In this document: in pieces, positions 8,746-19,205 of the stretch
How positions within the stretch are numbered: the stretch's first letter is position 1
How the letters are laid out: the number at the start of each line of letters is the position of its first letter
IMG/VR virus record: IMGVR_UViG_3300032213_001151
Location: 1 to 60,484 of that record
DNA: 60,484 bases
Source: a virus
Lineage: Duplodnaviria; Caudoviricetes
Strand: one strand, 5' to 3'
Notes under the pieces: model-generated
The model's database searches: none
What the model saw: only the letters and a program-made list of their open reading frames with translations
What the model was told of the DNA's origin: nothing
Program-made: the position numbers and the translations under genes

Positions 8746-9051
8746 ATGAAAGATTTTCTAATTAGCATAGGTTTAAACGTAGGATTGGCAGTAAGCGGAT
8801 TCTTTGGCTCCCTACTTCTTGTAGGCAAGCAAAAGAACCACAGCTTGCGTGAGCAGATATTCTCCGTGATTGGTGGTACGATGAGTGCTAACTATCTCAC
8901 TCCTGTTGTTGTCAATATTATTGGCGTAAAGGAAGAGTCTCTGAGATATGGGTTTGCTTTCGTCATAGGCTTTGGAGGACTGAAGATAGTTGAGGTGCTT
9001 TATGAAAAGTATATCTCTAAATTAAAATCAGGAAAAAATGGTAATCCTTAA
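8746..9051 (+). CDS. Holin-like membrane protein
   Basis: Three hydrophobic segments, basic C-terminus, near the endolysin. Confidence 0.65.
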   Translation: MKDFLISIGLNVGLAVSGFFGSLLLVGKQKNHSLREQIFSVIGGTMSANYLTPVVVNIIGVKEESLRYGFAFVIGFGGLKIVEVLYEKYISKLKSGKNGNP

Positions 9052-9328
9052 TCTGATAGCCAATATCATACTGACATTGTCCGGTATGATTTTTCTTCTG
9101 CAGTTGTATGGAAGAGAATCTTCAGTAGTACATAGTTGGAGTTTGATTTCACATTGGAGTCTAAAGGGTGGATTGGCTGCTTTTGTTGCAGGTTCTCTAT
9201 TGAATGTGCTCACACTTTCACATCCATCATTTACTCAGGTGCTTTCTAATCTTGGGCTTGCTGCTATCTTCTCATGGGCAGTAATGTTCCACCATAAGAT
9301 ATTCTCAAGTCATGGCAAAGAAGAGTAA
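9038..9328 (+). CDS. Membrane protein (holin/antiholin candidate)
   Basis: Three hydrophobic segments. Confidence 0.6.
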   Translation: MVILNLIANIILTLSGMIFLLQLYGRESSVVHSWSLISHWSLKGGLAAFVAGSLLNVLTLSHPSFTQVLSNLGLAAIFSWAVMFHHKIFSSHGKEE

Positions 9329-9458
9329 AGTATCTGAGATTAATTCTTTCAAGGCAAAGCCTAAAAAGACTCGTAAAGGCGTTCACGCAAAAACAAAAAC
9401 AAGTAAAACAAAAGGTAGTGACAACTACAAGAAACCTTATAACAAGCAAGGAAAATGA
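9312..9458 (+). CDS. Small Lys-rich protein (48 aa), not in ORF track
   Basis: MAKKSK...KTRKGVHAKTK...YKKPYNKQGK; stop overlaps the endolysin ATG. Confidence 0.7.
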   Translation: MAKKSKVSEINSFKAKPKKTRKGVHAKTKTSKTKGSDNYKKPYNKQGK

Positions 9459-10183
9459 ACATTAAACAAGTAAGCTTCGGTGCTGCTCACTATTTCAATC
9501 AAGAGAAACCGAAAAGACAAATCTATTTGCACCACACTGCAGGTAATGACAATGCAGCGGGTGTGTTTAAATATTGGGAACAGACAACTGACCGTGTTGC
9601 AACCTGTGTTGTGATAGGCTCTAACGGAGAAATCGTTCAGGGATTCCCATCAAACAAGTGGGCTTATCACTTGGGTCTAAGTGTAAAGACCTTCAATGCT
9701 CATGGTTTGAAGTATCAGCCTTTGGACGAGATGTCAATCGGTATTGAGCTTTGCAGTTGGGGAGCTTTGACTGAAGTTGTTGATGGCGATGATGTGAAGT
9801 ATCTGAACTACGTAGGGCGTGAGGTTCCGTTGGACCAAGTAATAAAGTTAGATACCCCATACAAGGGCTATCAGTTTTGGCATAGCTACACTGATGCTCA
9901 GATTGAAGCAGTAAAAGAACTACTACTACTTTGGAATGACAAATATCAAATCCCCTTGGAATATAACGATGACATATGGTCAGTATGCTCTCGTGCCCTA
10001 TCTGCACAGCCCGGTGTGTACACTCACAATTCCGTTAGGAAAGACAAGACTGATGTATATCCTCATCCCAAATTGATTGAGATGTTGAAGTCATTGACTG
10101 CAAAGGAGCCTATTGTAGTTGGAGAGAAGAAGTCTCCTGCAAAGGAAACAAAGCCTAAGAGCAGTGAGAAAGCCAAAAAATAG
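9455..10183 (+). CDS. Endolysin, N-acetylmuramoyl-L-alanine amidase (Amidase_2)
   Basis: IYLHHTAG, WAYH, SIGIEL, YTH...KTD. Confidence 0.9.
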   Translation: MNIKQVSFGAAHYFNQEKPKRQIYLHHTAGNDNAAGVFKYWEQTTDRVATCVVIGSNGEIVQGFPSNKWAYHLGLSVKTFNAHGLKYQPLDEMSIGIELCSWGALTEVVDGDDVKYLNYVGREVPLDQVIKLDTPYKGYQFWHSYTDAQIEAVKELLLLWNDKYQIPLEYNDDIWSVCSRALSAQPGVYTHNSVRKDKTDVYPHPKLIEMLKSLTAKEPIVVGEKKSPAKETKPKSSEKAKK

Positions 10184-10736
10184 ATTACTGTTTTTTCTCA
10201 TCGGTTCGATTGCAACATGGTTCCTACTAAGGCAGTGTTCATCTCCTGTCCCCCCAACAGTTAAGTATGTTACGGGGGACTTGGTCCCATATGCTGTATT
10301 CAAAGGGGTCCCTACTCCTTATGCAGTTTATCGTACAGACACAATACCACCATATGATACTGTTTGGCAGGCAGGTGATACGCAGTATGTCTTAATGCCT
10401 ATTGATACTATGGCTATTTTGAGAGACTACTACTCTAAGGTAAAGTATATTGATACGGTGAAGAATGACAGCAGCGCATTGATTGTGCTTAACGAGACCA
10501 TCTTCAAGAATAGAATATCAAACCGAGAGGTTATCTTTCAGAACAGAGTACGAACTGCAATCATAGAAGAACGAACTAAAGCTGTGGTGTTGGGGATAGG
10601 TGGAACAGTCAATGGATTGGATGCATCGATAGGGTATAGGCAGGATAGAAACGTATTCAACCTGACCTATTCAAGTCTTGGATTCGGTGTCAGATACCAA
10701 CGAGAGATAGGTTGGAATAAATCATCAGAAAAATAA
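10119..10736 (+). CDS. Membrane-anchored protein, spanin candidate (start probably GTG 10164)
   Basis: N-terminal TM segment, C-terminal beta strands; follows endolysin. Confidence 0.55.
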   Translation: MERRSLLQRKQSLRAVRKPKNRLLFFLIGSIATWFLLRQCSSPVPPTVKYVTGDLVPYAVFKGVPTPYAVYRTDTIPPYDTVWQAGDTQYVLMPIDTMAILRDYYSKVKYIDTVKNDSSALIVLNETIFKNRISNREVIFQNRVRTAIIEERTKAVVLGIGGTVNGLDASIGYRQDRNVFNLTYSSLGFGVRYQREIGWNKSSEK

Positions 10737-10737
10737 T

Positions 10738-10745
10738 TACCTTTG
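10738..10745 (+). promoter_or_regulatory. -7 promoter element TACCTTTG
   Basis: Intergenic TAnnTTTG. Confidence 0.6.
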
Positions 10746-10769
10746 TAACACACATAATAATTAAATTCA

Positions 10770-11036
10770 ATGAAAACAGTAGAAATGTTTCCGGGAGGAA
10801 AAGAGTTTTTGGAACAAGAAGAGTTGACTAAGACTCAAGAAATGCACAATGAGTTCAACAAGTTGAAGGCTCATCTTGCTGATGTATCTTTACAGAAGCA
10901 CGGTATCCTGAAGCAGATTGATATGTTGCGTGACAGTTTTGCTGCATACGAGAACGGTCTAATATCCAAGTATGGTGTTGATGCTATCATCAATGTCCAA
11001 ACAGGAGAGATAACAAGAAAACAAAAAGATGGCTAA
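10770..11036 (+). CDS. Hypothetical coiled-coil protein
   Basis: 88-aa ORF. Confidence 0.75.
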   Translation: MKTVEMFPGGKEFLEQEELTKTQEMHNEFNKLKAHLADVSLQKHGILKQIDMLRDSFAAYENGLISKYGVDAIINVQTGEITRKQKDG

Positions 11037-11838
11037 GATTAGTACATACCCAAATGATACAAATGTCACCCTAAGCGATAGGCTGATTGGTACTGACAAC
11101 GAGAATAATAATGAGACCAAGAATTTTACCATTGGTTCATTATTGAGTCTTGCTAATGACCCAACTGTATTAACAGGTTTTGTTCCATATACAGGAGCTG
11201 ATGACAATGTTGACTTAGGTTCTAATACTCTTGAATCAGCAGGAGTTATACTTAATGGTCCATTGACAGAACCTGTGAATGGTGATGGAGTATTGAATCA
11301 AATTTTAACATCTCAAGGACCGGGAGTTGCACCAAAATGGTTGGCTCCTGCAGCAGTTCTTGATGCATACAAAGGTTCTTTTTACGATAGTATAACTCAG
11401 ACTCTAACCGGTGGTGCAAATGTAGCAGTACCTGTTATACTTAGACAAACAGATGTTGATGCTACTAATGGCATCTCTGTTGTCACTGATGGTACAAATC
11501 TGACAAGAATTACTGTAGCTCATACAGGTGTTTATAATCTATTATTCTCAGCTCAGTTGACAAACTCAGGTGGTACAGGTCAGACAGTTGATTTTTGGTT
11601 ACGTAAAAATGGCTCAACTGCTGCTCAAAATATTGCTGATACTAATGGTAAGGTTCATTTGCAAAGTAATGCTGCTTTTCTTATGGCTGCTTGGAATTAT
11701 TTTGTAAAATTGAATGCAGGTGATTATATTCAATTAATGTGGACCGCTACGTCTACCAATATTACTATGGTGTCAGAAGTTGCAAATGGAGTTCATCCTG
11801 CTACACCAAGTATTATTGTCACATTAAATAAAGTTTAA
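11029..11838 (+). CDS. Virion fibre-like protein with C-terminal C1q/TNF-like domain
   Basis: TGVYNLLFSAQL...LNAGDYIQL pattern. Confidence 0.65.
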   Translation: MAKISTYPNDTNVTLSDRLIGTDNENNNETKNFTIGSLLSLANDPTVLTGFVPYTGADDNVDLGSNTLESAGVILNGPLTEPVNGDGVLNQILTSQGPGVAPKWLAPAAVLDAYKGSFYDSITQTLTGGANVAVPVILRQTDVDATNGISVVTDGTNLTRITVAHTGVYNLLFSAQLTNSGGTGQTVDFWLRKNGSTAAQNIADTNGKVHLQSNAAFLMAAWNYFVKLNAGDYIQLMWTATSTNITMVSEVANGVHPATPSIIVTLNKV

Positions 11839-12065
11839 TGGATATTAGAAAGATTTCTGTTGGTCCCGACTACAAGAATGGGGCAATGCATTATATAGTT
11901 GGACAGAAGGTTCTTAACGAAACTCAAGAGATACATCTTATCAAGTACGATGATGTAAAAAAGTCTATCAAGATTTATATCATCAACGAAAAGGATGAGG
12001 TTGTTCTTTGGAAAGAGTTCAATGATACTGTTCCAATCTCTATTGAGTACAATATCAATATCTAA
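11838..12065 (+). CDS. Hypothetical protein
   Basis: 75 aa, translationally coupled. Confidence 0.75.
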   Translation: MDIRKISVGPDYKNGAMHYIVGQKVLNETQEIHLIKYDDVKKSIKIYIINEKDEVVLWKEFNDTVPISIEYNINI

Positions 12066-12628
12066 TGCAGTCTCCGTTCTACTTTATAGCAAGACCAATT
12101 GACGGCAAGAGATACGACAACACCAAGAAGATAGAAGGTATTGACATCATATTCAATACATCTGAAGAAGACCATCGTTTCTCGAACCGAAAAGCAGAGG
12201 TAATTGAATTGCCATTAGGGTATAGTGGTCCCATTGAAAAGGGAGATACTCTTCTTGTGCATCACAATACATTCAAGTTTTACAACGACATTAAGGGCAG
12301 GCGCAAGAGTGGTAAGAGCTTCTTCAAGGAAGACTTATTCTTTATTGAGGCTGACCAATTCTTTTTGTACAACAAGGGTGGTAATTGGAATGCATATGAT
12401 AGGTACTGCTTTGTGAAGCCTATCCCACCTGAAGAGTCATACGTAAAGAAGCCAACTACTCATGAGCCACTCATGGGGATTATGGTGTATCCAAATGAAA
12501 CGCTATTGTCGTATGGAGTAAACCCCGGAGACAAAGTGTGCTTTCAGCCTGAAAGCGAATATGAGTTTTATGTCGATGGAGAAAAGCTCTATCGTATGTT
12601 CGACCACCAAATAACAATCAAATTATGA
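12065..12628 (+). CDS. Possible tandem GroES-like protein
   Basis: Two segments resembling Cpn10 (AEVIELP...IEKGDTLL; VNPGDKVCF...EFYVDGEKLY). Confidence 0.5.
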   Translation: MQSPFYFIARPIDGKRYDNTKKIEGIDIIFNTSEEDHRFSNRKAEVIELPLGYSGPIEKGDTLLVHHNTFKFYNDIKGRRKSGKSFFKEDLFFIEADQFFLYNKGGNWNAYDRYCFVKPIPPEESYVKKPTTHEPLMGIMVYPNETLLSYGVNPGDKVCFQPESEYEFYVDGEKLYRMFDHQITIKL

Positions 12629-13122
12629 ATCTAATCGTATTGGACAATGTGTTGATAGACCCTTCAGGGTATGTGCGTGATGCATTGTCTTATGGCTTTG
12701 AAGAGGTCTTTGATTCTGACAAAGTATTCAAAGGCATACAGCCAAGGAGTGATGATGAGTTTCAGCACTTCATTGAAAACTACTTATCGTTTAAGTACGA
12801 GACAGTTTACAACTTCATCAGGCAGTCTCCTGAGAAACAGGACGAGCCAAACTTTGTGCACACTGATGAGAACATGGGCGACTTGCTTGCGCTATTGTAT
12901 CTAAATGAATCCCATCCTGATACTGACGGGACTATCATCTATGACAACGATGGTGGCAAGATGTGCTCAGTGCATATGAAATTCAATCGAGCAGTTATCT
13001 TTGGAACCCGGTTCCCACATTCTCGTGCGCTGTTTGAGAACTTTGGGAATGGTGATGACTCACGACTTGTTCAAGTGTTATTCTTAAAAGTTCGCAAAGA
13101 TGGACCCGAAGGAACTGCGTGA
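12625..13122 (+). CDS. 2OG-Fe(II) oxygenase-like protein
   Basis: HTD...LLYLN...GT...FNRAVIF...H...R motif. Confidence 0.8.
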   Translation: MNLIVLDNVLIDPSGYVRDALSYGFEEVFDSDKVFKGIQPRSDDEFQHFIENYLSFKYETVYNFIRQSPEKQDEPNFVHTDENMGDLLALLYLNESHPDTDGTIIYDNDGGKMCSVHMKFNRAVIFGTRFPHSRALFENFGNGDDSRLVQVLFLKVRKDGPEGTA

Positions 13123-13384
13123 GAAGATTATTGCTGCGGGATACGTGGCTGTTGAGCAACTGATAAAGGTTGCAAAGGAAGACATCATTAAAGGCGACTT
13201 AGATGAAGATATAGCTGCAGACAGATTGAAGAATGCTGCTGCAACAAAAAGGTTAGCTATCTTTGATGCTTTCGAGATTCTTACACGAATAGAAAACGAG
13301 AAGAATATTTTAGAAGGGAATGACGATGGAGATGGAAAGCCTCAACCAAAACAAGGGTTTGCAGAACGAAGGTCAAGAAAATAG
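13100..13384 (+). CDS. Terminase small subunit candidate
   Basis: Helical 94-aa protein directly upstream of the large subunit. Confidence 0.55.
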   Translation: MDPKELREKIIAAGYVAVEQLIKVAKEDIIKGDLDEDIAADRLKNAAATKRLAIFDAFEILTRIENEKNILEGNDDGDGKPQPKQGFAERRSRK

Positions 13385-15608
13385 TCTTTACTATGTAGTT
13401 GAGGACTATATTCCTAAGAAAACAATTTCGACTAAGAACCGCAATCGTAGTTGGGTATATGGATATGACCCACAGCACGATGTTGTCGTTATATCTAAGA
13501 CAGGTCAGATTGGAGATGTTCTGAATATCAGGGGTCTTCACATAGCATTACCTGCTGCTCCGGAAAAGTGTCTTCAAAGACACACTAAAGCATCTGAGCA
13601 ATATTGGGAAAGAGAAGAACTTCCTGTTCCTTTATCCAAAATCAATTCAATCTTTCAGTGGAATGAGATGCCCAATCAGTTTAAGAATAGTTGGGTGGAC
13701 TACATTGAGGAACAGTTTGATAGAAGAGAGCAAGGGCTATGGTTCATGAACAATGGACAGCCAACATATATCACGGGAGCACACTATATGTATCTGCAGT
13801 GGTCCAAGATTGATGTAGGATACCCTGACTTCAGAGAGGCAAATAGAATACTGTACATCTTTTGGGAAGCCTGTAAAGCTGACATTCGTTCTTTCGGAAT
13901 GATATATCTTAAGATAAGGCGTTCAGGATTCTCCTTTATGTCATCATCTGAATGCGTAAACATTGCAACCCTTGCAAGAGATGCTCGCATAGGTATATTG
14001 TCTAAGACGGGAGCAGACGCTAAGAAGATGTTCACCGACAAGGTGGTCCCTATCAGTACGAACCTTCCATTCTTTTTCAAGCCTGTGCAAGATGGTATGG
14101 ATAAGCCAAAGACAGAGTTGGCATATCGTGTACCTGCTTCTAAGATTACCAAGAAGAATATGTCTGAGACATCGAATGATGAGATGGATGGCTTGGATAC
14201 CACAATCGATTGGAAGAATACAGAGGACAACTCATATGATGGTGAGAAGCTATTGTTCTTAGCACATGATGAAAGTGGGAAGTGGGTGAAGCCCGTAAAC
14301 ATCCTGAACAATTGGCGTGTTACTAAAACGTGTCTGCGTCTTGGTAGCAAGATTATTGGTAAGTGCATGATGGGTTCAACATCAAACGCATTGTCAAAGG
14401 GTGGTGACAACTTCAAGAAGATGTATGAGGACTCACGTGTATCCTCAAGAAATGCCAACGGTCAAACAAAGTCAGGTCTATACGCACTGTTCATTCCTAT
14501 GGAGTGGAACATGGAAGGCTTTATAGATAGGTATGGTATGCCTGTGCTACGTAAGCCGACTCAGCCTGTTCGTGGAGTTGACGACAATTGGATTATGAAT
14601 GGGGCTATTGACTATTGGGAAGCTGAAGTAGAATCTCTGAAGTCTGATGCAGATGCATTGAACGAATTCTATCGTCAGTTCCCAAGAACAGAGTCCCATG
14701 CTTTCAGAGATGAGAGCAAAGCTGCACTATTCAATCTAACAAAGATTTATCAGCAGATAGATTATAATGACTCGTTGATTCAAGAGCACCACATGACTCG
14801 TGGTTCTTTCCATTGGAAAGATGGGATAAAGGACTCAAAGGTTATATGGTCCCCTGACTCACGTGGCAGGTTCTTGGTGTCTTGGATACCCGGAAAGAAT
14901 TATCAAAACAGAGTTATTGACCGCAATGGAATGAAGTTTCCCGGCAATGACCACATGGGCGCATTCGGTTGTGACTCATATGACATATCAGGTGTTGTTG
15001 TTGGCAAAGGTTCCAATGGTGCATTGCATGGATTGACAGGATACCATGTTGATGAGGGACCTATAAATACTTTCTTCCTTGAATACATTGCTCGTCCACA
15101 GACTGCAGAGATATTCTTTGAAGAAGTGTTGATGGCAATAGCATTTTATGGAATGCCTATCTTGGTGGAGAACAACAAGCCAAGACTTTTGTATCATTTA
15201 AAGAATAGAGGATACAGAGGGTTCTGTCTCAATCGTCCTGACAAGCCATACACCAAGCTGTCTAAGACTGAACGTGAGCTTGGTGGTATACCAAACTCAT
15301 CAGAAGATGTTAAGCAGGCACACGCAGCAGCGATTGAGTCTTACATTGAGAAGCATATCGGTCTTGACTTAGAAGGAAAGTATAGGGACCCTGAAGAGAT
15401 GGGCACTATGCCATTCGTGCGCACATTGGAAGATTGGGCTAAATTTGACATAAACAATCGTACAATGTTTGACGCATCTATCAGTTCGGGGTTGGCAATT
15501 ATGGCAACTCAAAAACATCTGTATCAACCTGAGAAAACACAATCAAAAATTAGCATTAACTTTGCTACATATAACAATAAGGGGACTATAAGCCAAATCA
15601 ATAGATGA
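13320..15608 (+). CDS. terL: Terminase large subunit (start uncertain)
   Basis: KIRRSGFS Walker A, LAHDESGKW Walker B, GST, GCDSYD nuclease motif. Confidence 0.9.
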   Translation: MTMEMESLNQNKGLQNEGQENSLYYVVEDYIPKKTISTKNRNRSWVYGYDPQHDVVVISKTGQIGDVLNIRGLHIALPAAPEKCLQRHTKASEQYWEREELPVPLSKINSIFQWNEMPNQFKNSWVDYIEEQFDRREQGLWFMNNGQPTYITGAHYMYLQWSKIDVGYPDFREANRILYIFWEACKADIRSFGMIYLKIRRSGFSFMSSSECVNIATLARDARIGILSKTGADAKKMFTDKVVPISTNLPFFFKPVQDGMDKPKTELAYRVPASKITKKNMSETSNDEMDGLDTTIDWKNTEDNSYDGEKLLFLAHDESGKWVKPVNILNNWRVTKTCLRLGSKIIGKCMMGSTSNALSKGGDNFKKMYEDSRVSSRNANGQTKSGLYALFIPMEWNMEGFIDRYGMPVLRKPTQPVRGVDDNWIMNGAIDYWEAEVESLKSDADALNEFYRQFPRTESHAFRDESKAALFNLTKIYQQIDYNDSLIQEHHMTRGSFHWKDGIKDSKVIWSPDSRGRFLVSWIPGKNYQNRVIDRNGMKFPGNDHMGAFGCDSYDISGVVVGKGSNGALHGLTGYHVDEGPINTFFLEYIARPQTAEIFFEEVLMAIAFYGMPILVENNKPRLLYHLKNRGYRGFCLNRPDKPYTKLSKTERELGGIPNSSEDVKQAHAAAIESYIEKHIGLDLEGKYRDPEEMGTMPFVRTLEDWAKFDINNRTMFDASISSGLAIMATQKHLYQPEKTQSKISINFATYNNKGTISQINR
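13568..13583. repeat. 16-bp palindrome site 4 (GTGTCTTCAAAGACAC)
   Basis: Inside terL, read as CLQRH. Confidence 0.95.
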
Positions 15609-18040
15609 AAGATGTCAAGATAGATATATCGTCTGTAGGATTCCCAAGTCAATTCGTGTCCGATGCCGAGAAGAACACGGAGCAATTCGGGCTACAGATA
15701 GGACAAGCCATTCAGTATGAGTGGTTTCGTAAAGATGGGAATCAATGCAGGTATTATAGTCAGTGGAGAGATTTCCATAGGCTACGTTTGTACGCACGAG
15801 GCGAGCAACCAACTCAGAAGTACAAGGATGAGCTTGCAATAAACGGAGACCTTTCATATCTAAACTTGGATTGGACACCTGTTCCTATCATACCCAAGTT
15901 CGTTGACATTGTGGTAAACGGTATGACTGACCGCTTGTTCAAGGTGAAGGCATATGCTCAAGATGCTATGTCTCAAGCCAAGAGAAGCAAGTATCAGGAT
16001 ATGGTGGAAGGACAGATGGTTGCCAAGGACCTTCTTCAAAACATTCAGGAGCAGACAGGTGTGAATCCATTCACAATGAATCCTGATGAACTACCAACTT
16101 CGGATGAGGAGTTGTCATTGTATATGCAGCTCAACTATAAGCCGGCAATTGAGATAGCAGAAGAGGAAGCAATCAATACCATTCTTGATGAGAATAACTA
16201 TGAGTACACCAAGCAGCAGTCAAACTATGACTTGATGACCATAGGTATATCTGTTCAGAAGCATGAGTTTCTTCCCGGTGCAGGCGTTCAAATATCATAT
16301 GTTGACCCTGCCAATGTTGTATACAGTTATACAGAGGACCCTTACTTCAGAGACTGTTTCTATTGGGGTGAGATTAAAACATTGCCAATGACTGAGCTTA
16401 TGAAGATTGACCAATCTCTTACTAAAGAGGACTTGGAAGAAATCTCTAAGTACAGTCAGAGTTGGTATGATTACTACAATGTAGCTCAATACTATGAGAA
16501 TAGCATTTTTTATCGTGATACTTGTACTCTCCTTTACTTTAACTATAAGACTACAAAGAAGATTGTCTACAAGAAGAAGATTTTAGACAATGGCGCAACT
16601 CGCATGGTGGAGAAAGATGATACTTTCAACCCACCTGTAGAGATGATGGAAGATGGTCGCTTTGAGAAAGTAGAGAAGACTATTGATGTATGGTACAATG
16701 GGATTATGGTTATGGGAACCAACATCCTATTGAAGTGGGAGTTGGCTGAGAACATGGTTCGTCCTAAGTCAGCATCACAACACGCATTGCCAAACTATGT
16801 AGCTGTGGCTCCAAGGATGTACAAGGGTGTGATTGAGTCATTGGTTAGAAGGATGATTCCTTTTGCTGACTTGATTCAGATGACCCATTTGAAACTGCAG
16901 CAGGTTATTGCAAGAGTTGTTCCTGATGGTGTATTCATCGATGCAGATGGGCTTAATGAGGTTGACTTGGGAACAGGCAACGCATATAACCCTGAAGATG
17001 CATTGAGGTTGTACTTCCAAACAGGTAGTGTTATTGGTAGGTCCTATACTCAGGACGGTGAGTTCAATAATGCCCGTGTTCCAATCACGGAGTTGAACAG
17101 TAGCTCAGGAGCATCTAAGGCACAAATGCTTATCAGTAACTACAACCATTACATGGATATGATTCGTTCCGTTACAGGATTGAATGAAGCTCGTGATGGT
17201 TCTGACCCGGACCCGCATTCTTTGGTTGGTGTTCAGAAGTTGGCTGCACTTAACTCTAATACCGCTACACGCCATATCCTTGATGGAAGTCTATTCCTGT
17301 ATAAGTCTATTGCAGAAGCATTGACATACAGAGTATCTGACATCCTTGAGTATGCTGACTTCAAAGATGACTTTGCTAATAAGATAGGCAAGTACAATGT
17401 GAGCATTTTGAATGACATAAAGGACTTGTACATCTATGACTTCGGAATCTTTATCGATATATCACCTGATGAAGAGCAGAAAGCACAGCTTGAGCAGAAC
17501 ATTCAGATTGCTTTGCAGAAGGGTGACATCAATCTTGAGGATGCAATTGACATACGTGAGTTGAAAAACATGAAGCTTGCTAATCAGTTGCTCAAGTTGA
17601 AGCGTGTCAAGAAGCAGGAACGTGAGGAGAAGATGATGATGCAGAAGCAAGCTATGACTGCTCAACAACAATTGAAGTCTCAAGAGATGGCTGCTCAATT
17701 GGCTGTTCAGAAAATCGAAATGGAGACCCGTCAGAAGATGCAGTTGAAGCAAGCAGAGATTGCATTCGAGATGGAGAAGATGAACAACGAAGCCAATCTG
17801 AAGAGCAAGCTTATGTCTGAGGAGTTCAACTACAACATTCAGTTAGCTAAGATGAATGGTGGCGAATTGTCAAGGAGAGAGATGGCGAAAGAAGAAGCCA
17901 AATCAAAACGCATAAGCCAACAAAACACTGAGCAGTCGCAGTTGATTAATCAGCGCAAGTTGAATTTGCCACCACAGAATTTCGAATCAAACGAGGATTC
18001 ACTTGATGGTTTTGACTTGGCTGAATTCTCTCCTCGATAA
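15605..18040 (+). CDS. Portal protein
   Basis: 811 aa after terL; VPIIPKFVDIVV, C-terminal Gln-rich coiled coil. Confidence 0.85.
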   Translation: MKDVKIDISSVGFPSQFVSDAEKNTEQFGLQIGQAIQYEWFRKDGNQCRYYSQWRDFHRLRLYARGEQPTQKYKDELAINGDLSYLNLDWTPVPIIPKFVDIVVNGMTDRLFKVKAYAQDAMSQAKRSKYQDMVEGQMVAKDLLQNIQEQTGVNPFTMNPDELPTSDEELSLYMQLNYKPAIEIAEEEAINTILDENNYEYTKQQSNYDLMTIGISVQKHEFLPGAGVQISYVDPANVVYSYTEDPYFRDCFYWGEIKTLPMTELMKIDQSLTKEDLEEISKYSQSWYDYYNVAQYYENSIFYRDTCTLLYFNYKTTKKIVYKKKILDNGATRMVEKDDTFNPPVEMMEDGRFEKVEKTIDVWYNGIMVMGTNILLKWELAENMVRPKSASQHALPNYVAVAPRMYKGVIESLVRRMIPFADLIQMTHLKLQQVIARVVPDGVFIDADGLNEVDLGTGNAYNPEDALRLYFQTGSVIGRSYTQDGEFNNARVPITELNSSSGASKAQMLISNYNHYMDMIRSVTGLNEARDGSDPDPHSLVGVQKLAALNSNTATRHILDGSLFLYKSIAEALTYRVSDILEYADFKDDFANKIGKYNVSILNDIKDLYIYDFGIFIDISPDEEQKAQLEQNIQIALQKGDINLEDAIDIRELKNMKLANQLLKLKRVKKQEREEKMMMQKQAMTAQQQLKSQEMAAQLAVQKIEMETRQKMQLKQAEIAFEMEKMNNEANLKSKLMSEEFNYNIQLAKMNGGELSRREMAKEEAKSKRISQQNTEQSQLINQRKLNLPPQNFESNEDSLDGFDLAEFSPR

Positions 18041-18059
18041 GTATAAAAAATTTTTCTAT

Positions 18060-18067
18060 TAACTTTG
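18060..18067 (+). promoter_or_regulatory. -7 promoter element TAACTTTG
   Basis: Intergenic, upstream of scaffold-capsid genes. Confidence 0.6.
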
Positions 18068-18084
18068 CATAAAAATCATATCAA

Positions 18085-19182
18085 ATGGAATTTAAAGTAA
18101 GAGAAGTAACCGGAGAAGAAAAGGGCATTGCTGAAAAAGAACAAGAGTTGCTCGACAAGCACGAGCAGAACTTGAACGGTAATGAAGGTAAAGCAGAAGA
18201 AGATGGTATTCAAGTTGAATTGCCACCTGCTGTAGAAACCGAAAAGCCTGCAAGCCTAAAGGAAGAGGACGTTCTTTCATATATTAAAGAGAGGTACAAC
18301 AAGGACATCAGCTCATTCGATGAGTTGATTGCTGCACGTAACAGCAACGAAGAGTTGCCTGAAGATGTGTCAGCATTCTTGAAGTACAAAAAAGAAACGG
18401 GTCGTGGAATCCAAGACTTCTTGAAATTGCAAGAGGACTTCGATACTATGGACCCTGACCAAATGCTAAAGCAGTATTTCTTGGCAACTGAGGATGGTCT
18501 TGATGAAGATGATATTGAGGCTATGATGGAAGACTTCAGTTACAATGAAGACTTGGATGACGAGTCAGATGTCAAGAGAGCTAAATTGGCGAAGAAAAAA
18601 GCTATTGCTAAGGCTAAGACTTATTTCACGGAGCAACAGGAAAAGTACAAACAACCCCTTGAGTCAAGAACGGTTGGTATCCCTGAAGCCGAGAAGGAAG
18701 AGTATGAGGCTTACAAGCAATATGTAAAACAGGCTAACACTGCAAGTGAGGAGCAAGAGAGAAAACGTGAGTGGTTCCAACAGAAAACTGACGAAGTATT
18801 CAGTCAAGAGTTCAAAGGTTTTGAGTTCGATGTAAATGACAGAAAACTTGTTTTTTCTCCCGGTGATGCCACTGAGTTGAAGAAGGTCCAATCAACTCCA
18901 ATGAACTTTATCAATAAGTACTTGGATGAGAGTGGTCTTATGAAAGACGCAGTAGGTTATCATAAGTCGTTAGCCATCGCAATGAACCCCGAAAAATTTG
19001 CCAAGTTCTTTTATGAGCAGGGCATGGCAGATGCCACAGAAGATGTGACACGTAAGATAAAGAATGTTAATATGTCGGAACGTAAAGCACCTGAAGCGGT
19101 AAATAAGGGGGGAGTGCAAATACGAGAAGTAAACGCAGGCTCAGGTCGTGGGTTGAAAATCAAAAGCGCAAAAAGAATATAA
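18085..19182 (+). CDS. Capsid scaffolding protein candidate
   Basis: Very acidic helical protein between portal and capsid. Confidence 0.7.
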   Translation: MEFKVREVTGEEKGIAEKEQELLDKHEQNLNGNEGKAEEDGIQVELPPAVETEKPASLKEEDVLSYIKERYNKDISSFDELIAARNSNEELPEDVSAFLKYKKETGRGIQDFLKLQEDFDTMDPDQMLKQYFLATEDGLDEDDIEAMMEDFSYNEDLDDESDVKRAKLAKKKAIAKAKTYFTEQQEKYKQPLESRTVGIPEAEKEEYEAYKQYVKQANTASEEQERKREWFQQKTDEVFSQEFKGFEFDVNDRKLVFSPGDATELKKVQSTPMNFINKYLDESGLMKDAVGYHKSLAIAMNPEKFAKFFYEQGMADATEDVTRKIKNVNMSERKAPEAVNKGGVQIREVNAGSGRGLKIKSAKRI

Positions 19183-19205
19183 ACCCTTAAAATAAACAAA
19201 AAACA

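Noticed and set aside
13320-13384. terS-terL frameshift fusion
   Set aside because: The overlap is explained by an ordinary alternative start; no slippery site with stimulator seen
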